64,000 nt of DNA, taken from assembly GCA_963812015.1 (NCBI GenBank), contig CAWETI010000003.1, forward strand, positions 224,001-288,000, given 5' to 3'. Below the pieces are notes generated by a model, which was not told the DNA's origin, ran no database searches, and worked only from the letters and a program-made list of their open reading frames with translations. The position numbers were made by a program, and so were the translations under genes. Shown in pieces: positions 10,431 through 18,581 of this stretch. The number at the start of each line of letters is the position of its first letter. Positions within the stretch are counted from its first letter, which is position 1. The DNA is from an uncultured delta proteobacterium. GTDB taxonomy: Bacteria; Desulfobacterota; Desulfobaccia; Desulfobaccales; 0-14-0-80-60-11.

Positions 10431-10697
10431 ATGAAAAAACTCGTTACTTTGGCCAGCGTAGGGGTGTTCCTGCTGAGCCTCCAGGGGGCTTCCCTGGCCC
10501 AGGAAAAAACCCCCGCGGCCCCGCCGGCAGGCGCTCCGGCGGCGGAAGTTCCCAAGGCCCCCGTGGCGGAAACACCGGCGGCCCCTAAGGAAGAGGTGAA
10601 GGAAACCAAGAAGGCCAAGAAGACCACGAAAAAGACCAAGAAGACCAAGAAAACCAAGAAGACCAAGAAGACCCAGAAACCCAAAGTCGACGAATAA
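10431..10697 (+). CDS. small exported Pro/Ala- and Lys-rich protein
   Basis: RBS AAGGAGG, signal peptide 'MKKLVTLASVGVFLLSLQGASLA', PAP linker, (TKK)n tail. Confidence 0.8.
   Translation: MKKLVTLASVGVFLLSLQGASLAQEKTPAAPPAGAPAAEVPKAPVAETPAAPKEEVKETKKAKKTTKKTKKTKKTKKTKKTQKPKVDE
10605..10679 (+). repeat. 9-bp tandem repeat (ACCAAGAAG)n encoding TKK
   Basis: About eight imperfect copies, in frame within the gene at 10431. Confidence 0.85.
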
Positions 10698-10799
10698 AAA
10701 TTCAGCTGCATGCGCACCGGTCCGGGGTTCGAACCACGAGGGCTCGCATCCCGGACCAGGGCTCAAAACCCGACGCGCAGGGAGGTTCCTAAAATCGCC

Positions 10800-11153
10800 A
10801 TGAAAAAATACATAACCCTGGCTACTGCCGGGTTATTGCTTTTGAGCCTGCAGGGAGCCAGGGCTCAGCGAGAGGTGGAGCCACCGGCGGTGCCCCCCAT
10901 GCTGGAGGGGCAGAGGCCGCTGGCCCAGCCGGAAACACGGGAACCGGCCGCCCCCAAGCAAACCGAGGCGAAGGCGAAGGCCACGACCAAAACCAAAGGC
11001 AAGGCTGGCAAAAAGGCCCAGAAAAAGACCACGGTAAAGAAAGTGAGCCCCAAGAAAGCCAGCAAAGTCGCCCAGAAGAAAAGCCGGAAAACCCTCAAGA
11101 AGAAAAGCCCGGAAGCGGAACCCAAGCAACCGGGTGGTCCTGATGAAGGTTAA
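10800..11153 (+). CDS. small exported Lys-rich protein, paralogue of the gene at 10431
   Basis: Signal peptide 'MKKYITLATAGLLLLSLQGARA' closely matches the upstream gene; Lys-rich tail; RBS GGGAGG. Confidence 0.78.
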   Translation: MKKYITLATAGLLLLSLQGARAQREVEPPAVPPMLEGQRPLAQPETREPAAPKQTEAKAKATTKTKGKAGKKAQKKTTVKKVSPKKASKVAQKKSRKTLKKKSPEAEPKQPGGPDEG

Positions 11154-11200
11154 GGTGGCGAGCACGTCACACATTTTCCTCAGTCAAGGAGGGCAAGCCT

Positions 11201-11575
11201 ATGAAATGTAAGGGTATAGTCTGCTTCTCAGTGCTGGTGCTCCTCTGCGCCCTGGCCACGGCAGCCCTGGCCGCGGACAAAGGGTTTCTGTGGAATGGGA
11301 CCCACTGGAAAGACATGAGCCCCGAACTCAGGGTGGCCTATGTCAAAGGCATCGGCAACATGGCGGATTTCGAAGTCGCCGCGCCTGGCGCCCCGGCCCC
11401 TTGTATCGCCAAGGGTTTTGTCGATGAACTAAAGACCAAAACCATTGGGCAAGTGATAGCTGAGGTAGATAAATACTATCAAGAAAATCCAGGCAAGATG
11501 GACATGCCGGTGATTGCAGTGATTTTACAGCGCTGTACCAAACTCTGCCCGGCCCCCACTGCGGAGAAGAAATAA
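11201..11575 (+). CDS. exported hypothetical protein (Rap1a-like helical pattern)
   Basis: Signal peptide, RBS AAGGAGG, 'AYVKGIGNMADFE..C..KTIGQVIAEVDKYYQENP..C..C'. Confidence 0.8.
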   Translation: MKCKGIVCFSVLVLLCALATAALAADKGFLWNGTHWKDMSPELRVAYVKGIGNMADFEVAAPGAPAPCIAKGFVDELKTKTIGQVIAEVDKYYQENPGKMDMPVIAVILQRCTKLCPAPTAEKK

Positions 11576-11964
11576 TGAGAGCCGCGGTTATCTTGATAAT
11601 GGTAGGCCTCATGGTCGGCGGCCTGGCCGGGGCGGCTCCGGCGGTGGAGACCGGTAAGGCCTTTCTCTGGGACGGGGTGCACTGGAAGCAGGTTTCCGAG
11701 GATGGCAAGGTCGGATATATCTTCGGCATGGGGAACCTGGCCGATTTCGAAGCCGGGGCATCCAAGGGCAGAAAGCCGGTCTGTCTTTCCCAGGCCTTCG
11801 TGGATGATTTAAAGACCAGAACCGTGATGCAGATCGTCCAGGCAGTGGATCAGTTCTACCAGGAGAATCCCGGCAAGTTGGACATGCCGGTGATCGAGGT
11901 GGTCCTCAGACGATGCACCAAGGTTTGTCCGCCGGAGACTCCGAAAGCGGGAGGTAAGCAATGA
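11575..11964 (+). CDS. exported hypothetical protein, paralogue of the gene at 11201
   Basis: TAATG stop/start overlap; 'FLWDGVHWK', 'GYIFGMGNLADFE', 'VDQFYQENPGKLDMPVI', 'RCTKVCP'. Confidence 0.8.
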   Translation: MRAAVILIMVGLMVGGLAGAAPAVETGKAFLWDGVHWKQVSEDGKVGYIFGMGNLADFEAGASKGRKPVCLSQAFVDDLKTRTVMQIVQAVDQFYQENPGKLDMPVIEVVLRRCTKVCPPETPKAGGKQ

Positions 11965-12194
11965 AACAGGCAGCTGTCTTGGTCATGGTTGCGGCGCTTT
12001 TGATGGGCGGCTGTTCCGGCTTCTCCAATACCACGCAGCGGACGGTGAGCGGCGCGGCCGTCGGCGCCGGCGGCGGGGCCCTCATCGGCTGGGCTGCGGG
12101 CTGTCCGGCCTGCGGCGCGGCCATCGGCGCGGGGGCCGGGGCTGCGGGGGGGTTTATTTACGACCAGTATGAAAAATCCCAGGGCCGGCCGTAA
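11961..12194 (+). CDS. glycine-zipper lipoprotein (OsmB/YMGG-like)
   Basis: Lipobox 'MGGC', GxxxG zipper 'GAAVGAGGGALIG..GAAIGAGAG'; ATGA overlap with the upstream stop. Confidence 0.85.
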   Translation: MKQAAVLVMVAALLMGGCSGFSNTTQRTVSGAAVGAGGGALIGWAAGCPACGAAIGAGAGAAGGFIYDQYEKSQGRP

Positions 12195-12391
12195 AGCCGC
12201 CCCCTCATTTTCCTTGTAACGGCATGGTGAACCGGTTATTCACCCCGATCTTTACCTTCTCCTCCCTCAGGTATACGGGTCCCTGTCCTTCCGGACCCCC
12301 GGGTCCAGGATCCTGGCAACTACAGTCGATTATGGGTAAAACCTGATGGTAGCCTGTGCTTGGGCATAGTAACAACCAAGGAGAGGATGCG

Positions 12392-12667
12392 ATGAAAAAG
12401 GTGGTCATCTTGTTGGTGGTAGTAACCCTGGTTTTTGGAGGGTGCTCCAGCATGTCCACTACGCAACAACGGGTGTTGAGCGGCGGCGCCATCGGCGCCA
12501 GCAGCGGCGCCCTCATCGGCTGGGCCGTGGGTTCGCCGGCGGCCGGCGCGGCCATTGGCGGCGGCGCGGGCCTCCTGGGCGGGTTTCTCTATGACCAGTA
12601 CGAGAAATATCGCGGTCGCACTAATCCCGCAAGCTCCCCGGTCTCCCCGCCGGCCGGGGCAGACTGA
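12392..12667 (+). CDS. glycine-zipper lipoprotein, paralogue of the gene at 11961
   Basis: Lipobox 'FGGC', 'TTQQRVLSGGAIGA..GALIGW..GGFLYDQYEK'; RBS GGAGAGG. Confidence 0.85.
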   Translation: MKKVVILLVVVTLVFGGCSSMSTTQQRVLSGGAIGASSGALIGWAVGSPAAGAAIGGGAGLLGGFLYDQYEKYRGRTNPASSPVSPPAGAD

Positions 12668-12884
12668 CGCAGCTTGAGCTGACCACTCCACCCAAGGGCC
12701 CACCACCGGCCCCAGGGATTATTTACCCTTGCTCTAACGGCCGCCGGCGAGCTGGCCCCAAAGCCCAGGCCTTGTCCCGACGTGGACCCGCCACTCGCGG
12801 CTAGCGCCGGACTGACCAGAATTACCGAGGCAGTGGCACAGGGTGATAGTTAAGCCGGATAAACCTCCCAGGAAGGAAAAAACT

Positions 12885-13079
12885 ATGAAAATGGCATTGA
12901 TTCTGCTGATGCTGGCGGCCTTGATCGTGGGAGCCTGCGCTGATACGAGCAGCTCCCAGTACCGGAGCCGCAATTCGGTCATCGATCTGGCCAATACCTG
13001 CGCCACCTGCGGCGCCTCCGTCAGGGACGATTATTTTGCCGGCAGCGCCTATAGAGCCGTGGGCCCCGGCAACTATTGA
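12885..13079 (+). CDS. small hypothetical lipoprotein with CxxC
   Basis: Lipobox 'VGAC', 'CATCG'; purine-rich RBS upstream. Confidence 0.6.
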   Translation: MKMALILLMLAALIVGACADTSSSQYRSRNSVIDLANTCATCGASVRDDYFAGSAYRAVGPGNY

Positions 13080-13189
13080 TCGAGGGACCGGCCAGGGCCT
13101 CGGGGATTTTCCACCCCCGGCCGCGACGCGCCTCGTCCCCCTCTACCGCCGGGCGCCAGACCTTGCTTCCTCACCGAGTAAGACTGACT

Positions 13190-13507
13190 TTATTGGCCGA
13201 ATAGGCGCTTCCAGACCCCCCTGGTTTCCGGCTGCGGCGCGGGCAGCCCCAGGTGCTGCCGGATCACCGCCTCCAGTTTATCTTCAGCCACATCGCCGCC
13301 TTCCACCACGATCTCTTCCCCCACCATCACCGCGGGAGCCGTCGGCAGGTCCATTTCGAAATATTCGTCCGTCTGGTACTCGGCGATGGGTTTGGAAGTG
13401 GTCTCGATCTCAACCTCAAACTTTTGGCCCAACCTGGGCATCATTTTTTGAAAGTGCTTTCATGGCTTGCCGTTAGGTTCGTTCATGAAAAACCTGACTT
13501 TTAGCAA
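13190..13507 (-). CDS. thioredoxin-like selenoprotein, NEPNGKPU motif (TsoC-like), U16
   Basis: RBS AAGGAGG, then TTG at 13507 (or ATG at 13513). MLKVRFFMNEPNGKP-TGA(13460-13462)-KHFQK continues in frame into the 13190..13444 ORF. SECIS-like hairpin follows. Confidence 0.85.
13415..13459 (-). promoter_or_regulatory. SECIS-like hairpin for the UGA at 13460
   Basis: GCCCA-GGT-TGGGC (13427-13439); loop starts after 25 nt from UGA; lower stem TTTCAAA/TTTGAGG. Confidence 0.65.
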
Positions 13508-13527
13508 TGTCATCCTCCTTTGCAGAG

Positions 13528-15264
13528 TTATTTCTTCGCCACTGCGGCCATGCGGGGCAGCATCAGCGAAGGGGGCAGATAATCCACCAGCCGCAAATTC
13601 TGGCACTCGTTGCCCTGGCCGTCCAGAAAGATCACCGTGGGCACGCCTTTGATGGCGTACTGGCTGAGCAATCGCTGATGCACCGGATTGCCTTTCTGGG
13701 TGAGGTCCACTTTGAGCATGACAAAATTCTGCTCCGCCAGTTTCACCACGTCGGGATGATGAAAAGTAATCTCGTCCAGCTCTCGGCAAGGGGTGCACCA
13801 GGTGGCGTAAAAATCGATGATTACCGGCTGGTGCGCGGCTTTGGCTTGGGCCAGCACTTGATCCGAGTACGGCTGCCAGGTGACGCCAGGGCCCCGCAAG
13901 GCCCAGGAGCCCACCAGGAAGGTGGCGAAAATCACCCCCGCCAGGGCCACGGCGGTCTTGAGCCACGGGAAACTCCGGAAAGTGGCCGTGGAGCGGTCCA
14001 GCCAACCCAGGTTTATGGCCGCCGCCAGGGCCACCCCGGCCAGGAGCGCCTGGCTTGCGGTTTCGGGCAGCAGGGGCCGGACAAAATACGCGGCCATGGC
14101 CAGGAGCACCCAGCCCATGAGTTTGCGCACCCAGAGCATCCATTCTCCCGACCGGGGCAGTCTCTCCAGGCTGCCGGAAAAGAGGGCCAGGATAAAGAGG
14201 GGCAACCCCAACCCCAGGCTCAGGGTGAAGAAGACCAGAAAACCCAGCCAGGGCGATCCCATGGAAGCCACCCAGGTTAAGAGTCCCAGCACGAACGGCC
14301 CGATACAAGGCGCCGCCACTACTCCCAGAGTCAGGCCCATAAACAGGCTGCCGAAGTAGCCGGCGTAGGATTTGGACGCCGCTTGCGTCAGGCTGCCGGG
14401 CAGGCGCAGTTCCCAAAAGCCGAACAGGCTGGTGGCAAAGAAGACCAGGATGGCGGCCACCGCCACCAGCACCAGGGGATTTTGCAGCAAGGACCCCATG
14501 AGCCCGCCGGTCAAAGCCGCCACCACCCCCAGGGCGGAGTTGGTGACGGCCAGGCCCCCCAGGTACAGGAGGCCATGGACCAGCAAGCGGCCCCGCCCCT
14601 GGCCGCTTTTGCCGCCAAAGTAAGAAACGGTGATGGGGATGATGGGATAGACGCAGGGGGTCAGGTTAAGGGCCATGCCGCCCATGAAGATGCCCAGCAT
14701 GGTCCAGACCATGGCCCAACCGGAAAGCAGGCCGGGGGCATAGGCCTCCGGCGCGTAATCGCACAACCCCAGGGGATCGCTGGCCACCGGCAGCCTCCGG
14801 CTCTGCCATTCCGGAAACCCCAGGGGATCGCGGTACACGTTTTTGTAACCCAGCTTGACGGCCACCCGGGCCGCCGAGTCGCTCCGGACTCAGGCCAGGC
14901 CTGCTCAGTAAAACACCACCAGCCGGTCTTTATCCGGCCCCAATAAGGCCGCCAGGCCACCTTGAGACCGCCACCGCGACCACCAGGTGGGCTCCATGGG
15001 GAAATTGATCGCCCCCTGGATATGGCCGCTGCGATACTCCCAATCCTGGCGGGTGTCCACCAAAAACAGCTTTTGGGAGTCCTGCCGGTAACGCTCGGCC
15101 AGTTCAGCGGTGTTGATCAGGCGGTAGCCGCCGCTCCTGGCTTCGGCCAGCACGTCTTCCCCGCTGGCCTCTTGGGGGATTATCGGACGGTTGACATGCC
15201 AGAGCACCCCCAGGGTAAGGGCAATGGCCACCAGGGCCAGGAGCGTGGTCCTGCGGTTTTTCAT
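13528..15264 (-). CDS. rhodanese-DsbD(beta)-thioredoxin fusion selenoprotein (TsoB-like), U120 and U125
   Basis: ORFs 14905..15276 and 13528..14865 share a frame and are separated only by two TGAs: VVFY-U-AGLA-U-VRSDSAAR. DsbD motifs 'LTPCVYP' and 'AAPCIGP'; thioredoxin 'WCTPC'. Confidence 0.88.
14857..14891 (-). promoter_or_regulatory. two adjacent SECIS-like hairpins for the UGAs at 14905 and 14890
   Basis: GAGTC-CGGAGC-GACTC (14876-14891), loop after 18 nt from the first UGA; GGCGGCC-CGGGT-GGCCGTC (14857-14875), loop after 21 nt from the second. Confidence 0.6.
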
Positions 15265-15281
15265 AACCAACCTCATGGCGC

Positions 15282-15734
15282 TTAAGACAACTTTCCTGCC
15301 CTTTGCAACTTCGAGATGAGGAAGGTTGCGCCTCTTTGGGACAGGCCGAGCTGCGCGGCCAAGTCTTGAGGAGTGAGGGCCCCTTGCCTTTGGGCCAGAG
15401 AGATTACCTCCTCCTCCAATTCATCCAGCCAGTCCTCGAAAAGGACCAGCAAGTCCGGGTCGGCGACGGCCATCAGTTGCCGGGATTGAGCCACCCGGTC
15501 CACCAGTTTCTGACACATATGCGTTGGATCGACACCTTCGTCCATGCATTCCGCCAGTCAGAGGTGCACCATGCTGGATACCTTATCGTCGCCGGCGCCG
15601 CCGATGAGATTGACGACGAAAATCAACCGATCTTCATCGGTAACCAAGGGTAGGATGGTTTTCAGCGTTGCGGCGATTTCGGCCATAGCTTGCGCCGGGG
15701 CCATGCTCTTCAGTATTTCTTGAATTCCGGCCAT
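15282..15734 (-). CDS. LULAEC-motif selenoprotein with C-terminal HTH-like segment (TsoA-like), U59
   Basis: RBS GGAGGTGA, ATG at 15734. MAGIQEILKS...SSMVHL-TGA(15558-15560)-LAEC-MDEG continues in frame into the 15282..15545 ORF. Confidence 0.85.
15510..15557 (-). promoter_or_regulatory. SECIS-like hairpin for the UGA at 15558
   Basis: Nested pairs CTGGC/GTCAG, ATGC/GCAT, TGGA/TCCA region and GAC-GAAGGT-GTC; loop G after 18 nt from UGA. Confidence 0.6.
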
Positions 15735-15756
15735 GGTGATGAATCACCTCCCCAGG

Positions 15757-16092
15757 CTAAAAAGTTTTCCTCTCGGCCAGCAAATCCGTGGCCAGATCTT
15801 TCAACGCCGCTAAAATCTCCAAGATGCGGCCGTCGGCGATTTCGTAATATACAAAGGGGCCGCTCCGCTCCACCTTGACCAGGAGGGCCCGCCGCAATTC
15901 CTTCAGGTGGTGGGAGACCAGGGGCTGCGACAGATTCAGTGCTTCGACGATCGCCGAGACGGATTTCCTGCCATGATTGACGCACAGCAGAATCCTGAGG
16001 CGGTTTTCATCTGACAAACTCTTGGCCACAAAGGCGACCGTCTGGAGGTATTCCTCCAACGGCATCAGTGGCTCACGACCCGGTGGTGCCAA
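15757..16092 (-). CDS. ArsR/SmtB-family transcriptional regulator (TsoR-like)
   Basis: 'KSLSDENRLRIL', 'SVSAIVEALNLSQPLVSHHLKELR', 'ERSGPFVYY'. TTG at 16092 has RBS GGGAGG; alternative ATG at 16065. Confidence 0.93.
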   Translation of the reverse strand: MAPPGREPLMPLEEYLQTVAFVAKSLSDENRLRILLCVNHGRKSVSAIVEALNLSQPLVSHHLKELRRALLVKVERSGPFVYYEIADGRILEILAALKDLATDLLAERKTF

Positions 16093-16124
16093 GGTGACCT
16101 CCCCATCTCCAGGAGCTCGGCTGG

Positions 16125-16172
16125 GATAATCATATAAATAGATATTTATCTGTTTATCTACTTGGCTGTCAA
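16125..16172 (-). promoter_or_regulatory. promoter with overlapping 16-2-16 inverted repeat (putative ArsR operator)
   Basis: Minus-strand TTGACA at 16167-16172. GATAATCATATAAATA-GA-TATTTATCTGTTTATC (16125-16158, 14/16 symmetric) covers the expected -10/+1. Confidence 0.75.
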
Positions 16173-16268
16173 GGGAAAAATGCAGGAACTTTGTTTCGGG
16201 CAGGTCGTTAAGAATGGCGAAAAGCGGTTAGAGCGTTTGCTAAAATTCCTTCTGATTGCTGGTTTTTT

Positions 16269-16360
16269 AAATCCCCCTAAATCCCCCTTTTCCAAAGGGG
16301 GACTTTTAAAGGAATTTCGCTAAGTTCCCCCCTTTGGAAAAGGGAGGGTAGGGGGGATTT
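16269..16360. repeat. palindromic repeat family B (ATCCCCCTAAATCCCCCTTT..AAAGGGGGACT...GGGGGATTT)
   Basis: Double-hairpin inverted element; a close copy lies at 51938-52027. Confidence 0.8.
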
Positions 16361-16429
16361 GGGCTGTCCGCCCTCGCTTCGGGACGCACACCCAGGTGAA
16401 CCCCCTACATATCAAGGATTTTCTTACTT

Positions 16430-18337
16430 CTATGAACGCAACTTAGTATAAGCCCCCTGGCCCCCCAGGGAGCTGCGCCGTTTCAGATAAACCATCAGCA
16501 CGGCCAGGGCCGCGGGGGTGACCCCGGAGATGCGGGCCGCCTGTCCCAGGGAGCGGGGCCGCACCTGCTTCAACTTTTCCCGGATTTCCAGGGACAAACC
16601 CGGCACCCCGTCATAGTCAAAGTCCGCCGGGATGCTTTTGCCCTCCCCCTGGGCGAATTTTTTGGCCGTCTCTTCCTGGCGCTTGATGTAGCCGTCGTAC
16701 TTGTGCTGGATTTCCAGCTGCTCCACCACCTCCGGGGGCACCGGTGGTTCTTCTCCGGCCAGGCGATACAGGGTGGGAAGATCCAGCTGGGGCCGCTTCA
16801 ACAGGCTCAAGACCGGGGTGGGGACTTTGATGGGCGCGGTGCCCCGGGCTTCCAGCTCCCGGTTGACCGAAAGGGTGGGGAAGATCCGGCGGCCCGTTAG
16901 CCGCGCCTCTTCTTCCCGCATCAAGCGCTGCTTTTCCCGGAAGCGGTCCACGGCCTCCCGGTCCACCAGCCCCAAATCAAAACCCCATTCCAGGAGACGG
17001 GCGTCGGCGTTGTCTTCCCGGAGGAGGAGGCGGTATTCCGCCCGGGAGGTGAACAGGCGGTAGGGCTCCCGGGTGCCCTTAGTCACCAGGTCGTCCACCA
17101 GCACCGCCATATAGGCCTGGGAGCGGTGGGGCAGAAAGGGGGGGCGGCCCAAGATTTGGCAGGCGGCGTTGATGCCGGCCCACAGACCCTGGCTCGCGGC
17201 CTCCTCGTAGCCCGAGGTGCCGTTGATCTGCCCGGCCAGGAACAGCCCCTGGACCCGCTTGGTCTCCAGGGTGGCTTTGAGCTCCAGGGGGTCCACATAG
17301 TCATACTCGATGGCGTAGGCCGGGCGCATCACTTCGGCCTCCTCTAGCCCGGGGACGCTGCGGAACAGGGCCAACTGGACCTCGGCCGGCAGGCAATTGC
17401 CCAGGCCCTTGGCGTAGATCTCGGCAGTGTCCCGCCCCTCCGGCTCCAGGGTCACCTGGTGGCTGATCTTCTCGGGAAACCGCATCACCTTGTCTTCCAG
17501 GGAGGGGCAGTACCGGGCGCTCACCCCCTTGATCACCCCGCTGTATAACGGCGAGAGGTGGATATGGTCCCGGATGAGCTTATGGGTGGCGCCGGTGGTG
17601 TGGGTGACATAACAGGCCACCTGCTCCAGGGGCAACGCCTGCGTGCGCCAGGAGAAGGGGCGGGGCCGGGGATCGCCGGTGAGCACCTCCAGGCCGGCGA
17701 AATCAATGCTGCCGGCCGCCAGGCGCGGCGGCGTGCCGGTCTTTAAACGCCCCATCTTAAAGCCCAGGTCCTTGAGGCAGGCGGCCAGGCCGGTGGCGGC
17801 GAACTCTCCGGCCCGGCCGGCGGGGATGCGGCAGTCCCCGATGTGGATGAGGCCGTTCAAAAAGGTGCCGGTGGTGATGAGCACTGCCCGGGCCCGGTAA
17901 TTGAGGCCCAGGGTTTCCACCACCCCCACCACCCGGCCGTCCTCCACCAGGAGCCGCTCCACCATGGATTCTCTGAGATCGATGCGGCCCTCTTTTTCCA
18001 GGTGGGATTTCATGGCCAGGCGATAGGCCTGTTTGTCGCACTGGATGCGGGTGCCCCGGACCGCCGGCCCTTTGGAGAGGTTGAGGGTGCGGAACTGGAT
18101 GCCGGCCTGATCCGCCAGGTAGCCCATCATCCCCCCCAGGGCGTCGATCTCCTTCACCAAGTGGCCTTTGGCCAGGCCACCCACCGCTGGGTTGCAGGCC
18201 ATATGGGCCATGGTGTCCAGGTTGAGGTTGAAGAGCAAAACCTTCAGACCCATGCGGGCCGCAGCCAGCGCGCCTTCGCATCCGGCGTGACCGGCGCCGA
18301 CGACGATCAGATCATAATCTTTCGGATAAAAGGCCAT
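16430..18337 (-). CDS. mnmG: tRNA uridine-5-carboxymethylaminomethyl(34) synthesis enzyme MnmG (GidA)
   Basis: '[10 protein letters not shown]', '[11 protein letters not shown]', 'RLKTGTPPR', 'RYCPSLEDK', '[14 protein letters not shown]', 'TSRAEYRL'. Confidence 0.98.
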   Translation of the reverse strand: MAFYPKDYDLIVVGAGHAGCEGALAAARMGLKVLLFNLNLDTMAHMACNPAVGGLAKGHLVKEIDALGGMMGYLADQAGIQFRTLNLSKGPAVRGTRIQCDKQAYRLAMKSHLEKEGRIDLRESMVERLLVEDGRVVGVVETLGLNYRARAVLITTGTFLNGLIHIGDCRIPAGRAGEFAATGLAACLKDLGFKMGRLKTGTPPRLAAGSIDFAGLEVLTGDPRPRPFSWRTQALPLEQVACYVTHTTGATHKLIRDHIHLSPLYSGVIKGVSARYCPSLEDKVMRFPEKISHQVTLEPEGRDTAEIYAKGLGNCLPAEVQLALFRSVPGLEEAEVMRPAYAIEYDYVDPLELKATLETKRVQGLFLAGQINGTSGYEEAASQGLWAGINAACQILGRPPFLPHRSQAYMAVLVDDLVTKGTREPYRLFTSRAEYRLLLREDNADARLLEWGFDLGLVDREAVDRFREKQRLMREEEARLTGRRIFPTLSVNRELEARGTAPIKVPTPVLSLLKRPQLDLPTLYRLAGEEPPVPPEVVEQLEIQHKYDGYIKRQEETAKKFAQGEGKSIPADFDYDGVPGLSLEIREKLKQVRPRSLGQAARISGVTPAALAVLMVYLKRRSSLGGQGAYTKLRS

Positions 18338-18581
18338 GAGGGTGGTTCACCACGCAGCATAAAAATGTGGAACGCGGCCGGCGATTTCCTGAAAAGGGGT
18401 GGCGCAGGAGGCGCACCTTTTCAGAAGATGGCCTTTGCCAATCCTCAGCCTTGGCTGAAAGCTGACCGCGGCAAGCTATTTTCATACAAAAGGCCCTGAG
18501 GGGAAACTTCGGGCTTGAATTACGGACGCGAGATGATTTATGCTTAATCTTCAAGCACTATTCAGAGCCGAGGAGGAAGAT

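Noticed and set aside
13190..15734. Reading the UGA-interrupted genes as pseudogenes or separate small ORFs
   Set aside because: All four interruptions are TGA, fall at redox-motif positions, keep the frame and have 3' hairpins; random decay is unlikely to give this.
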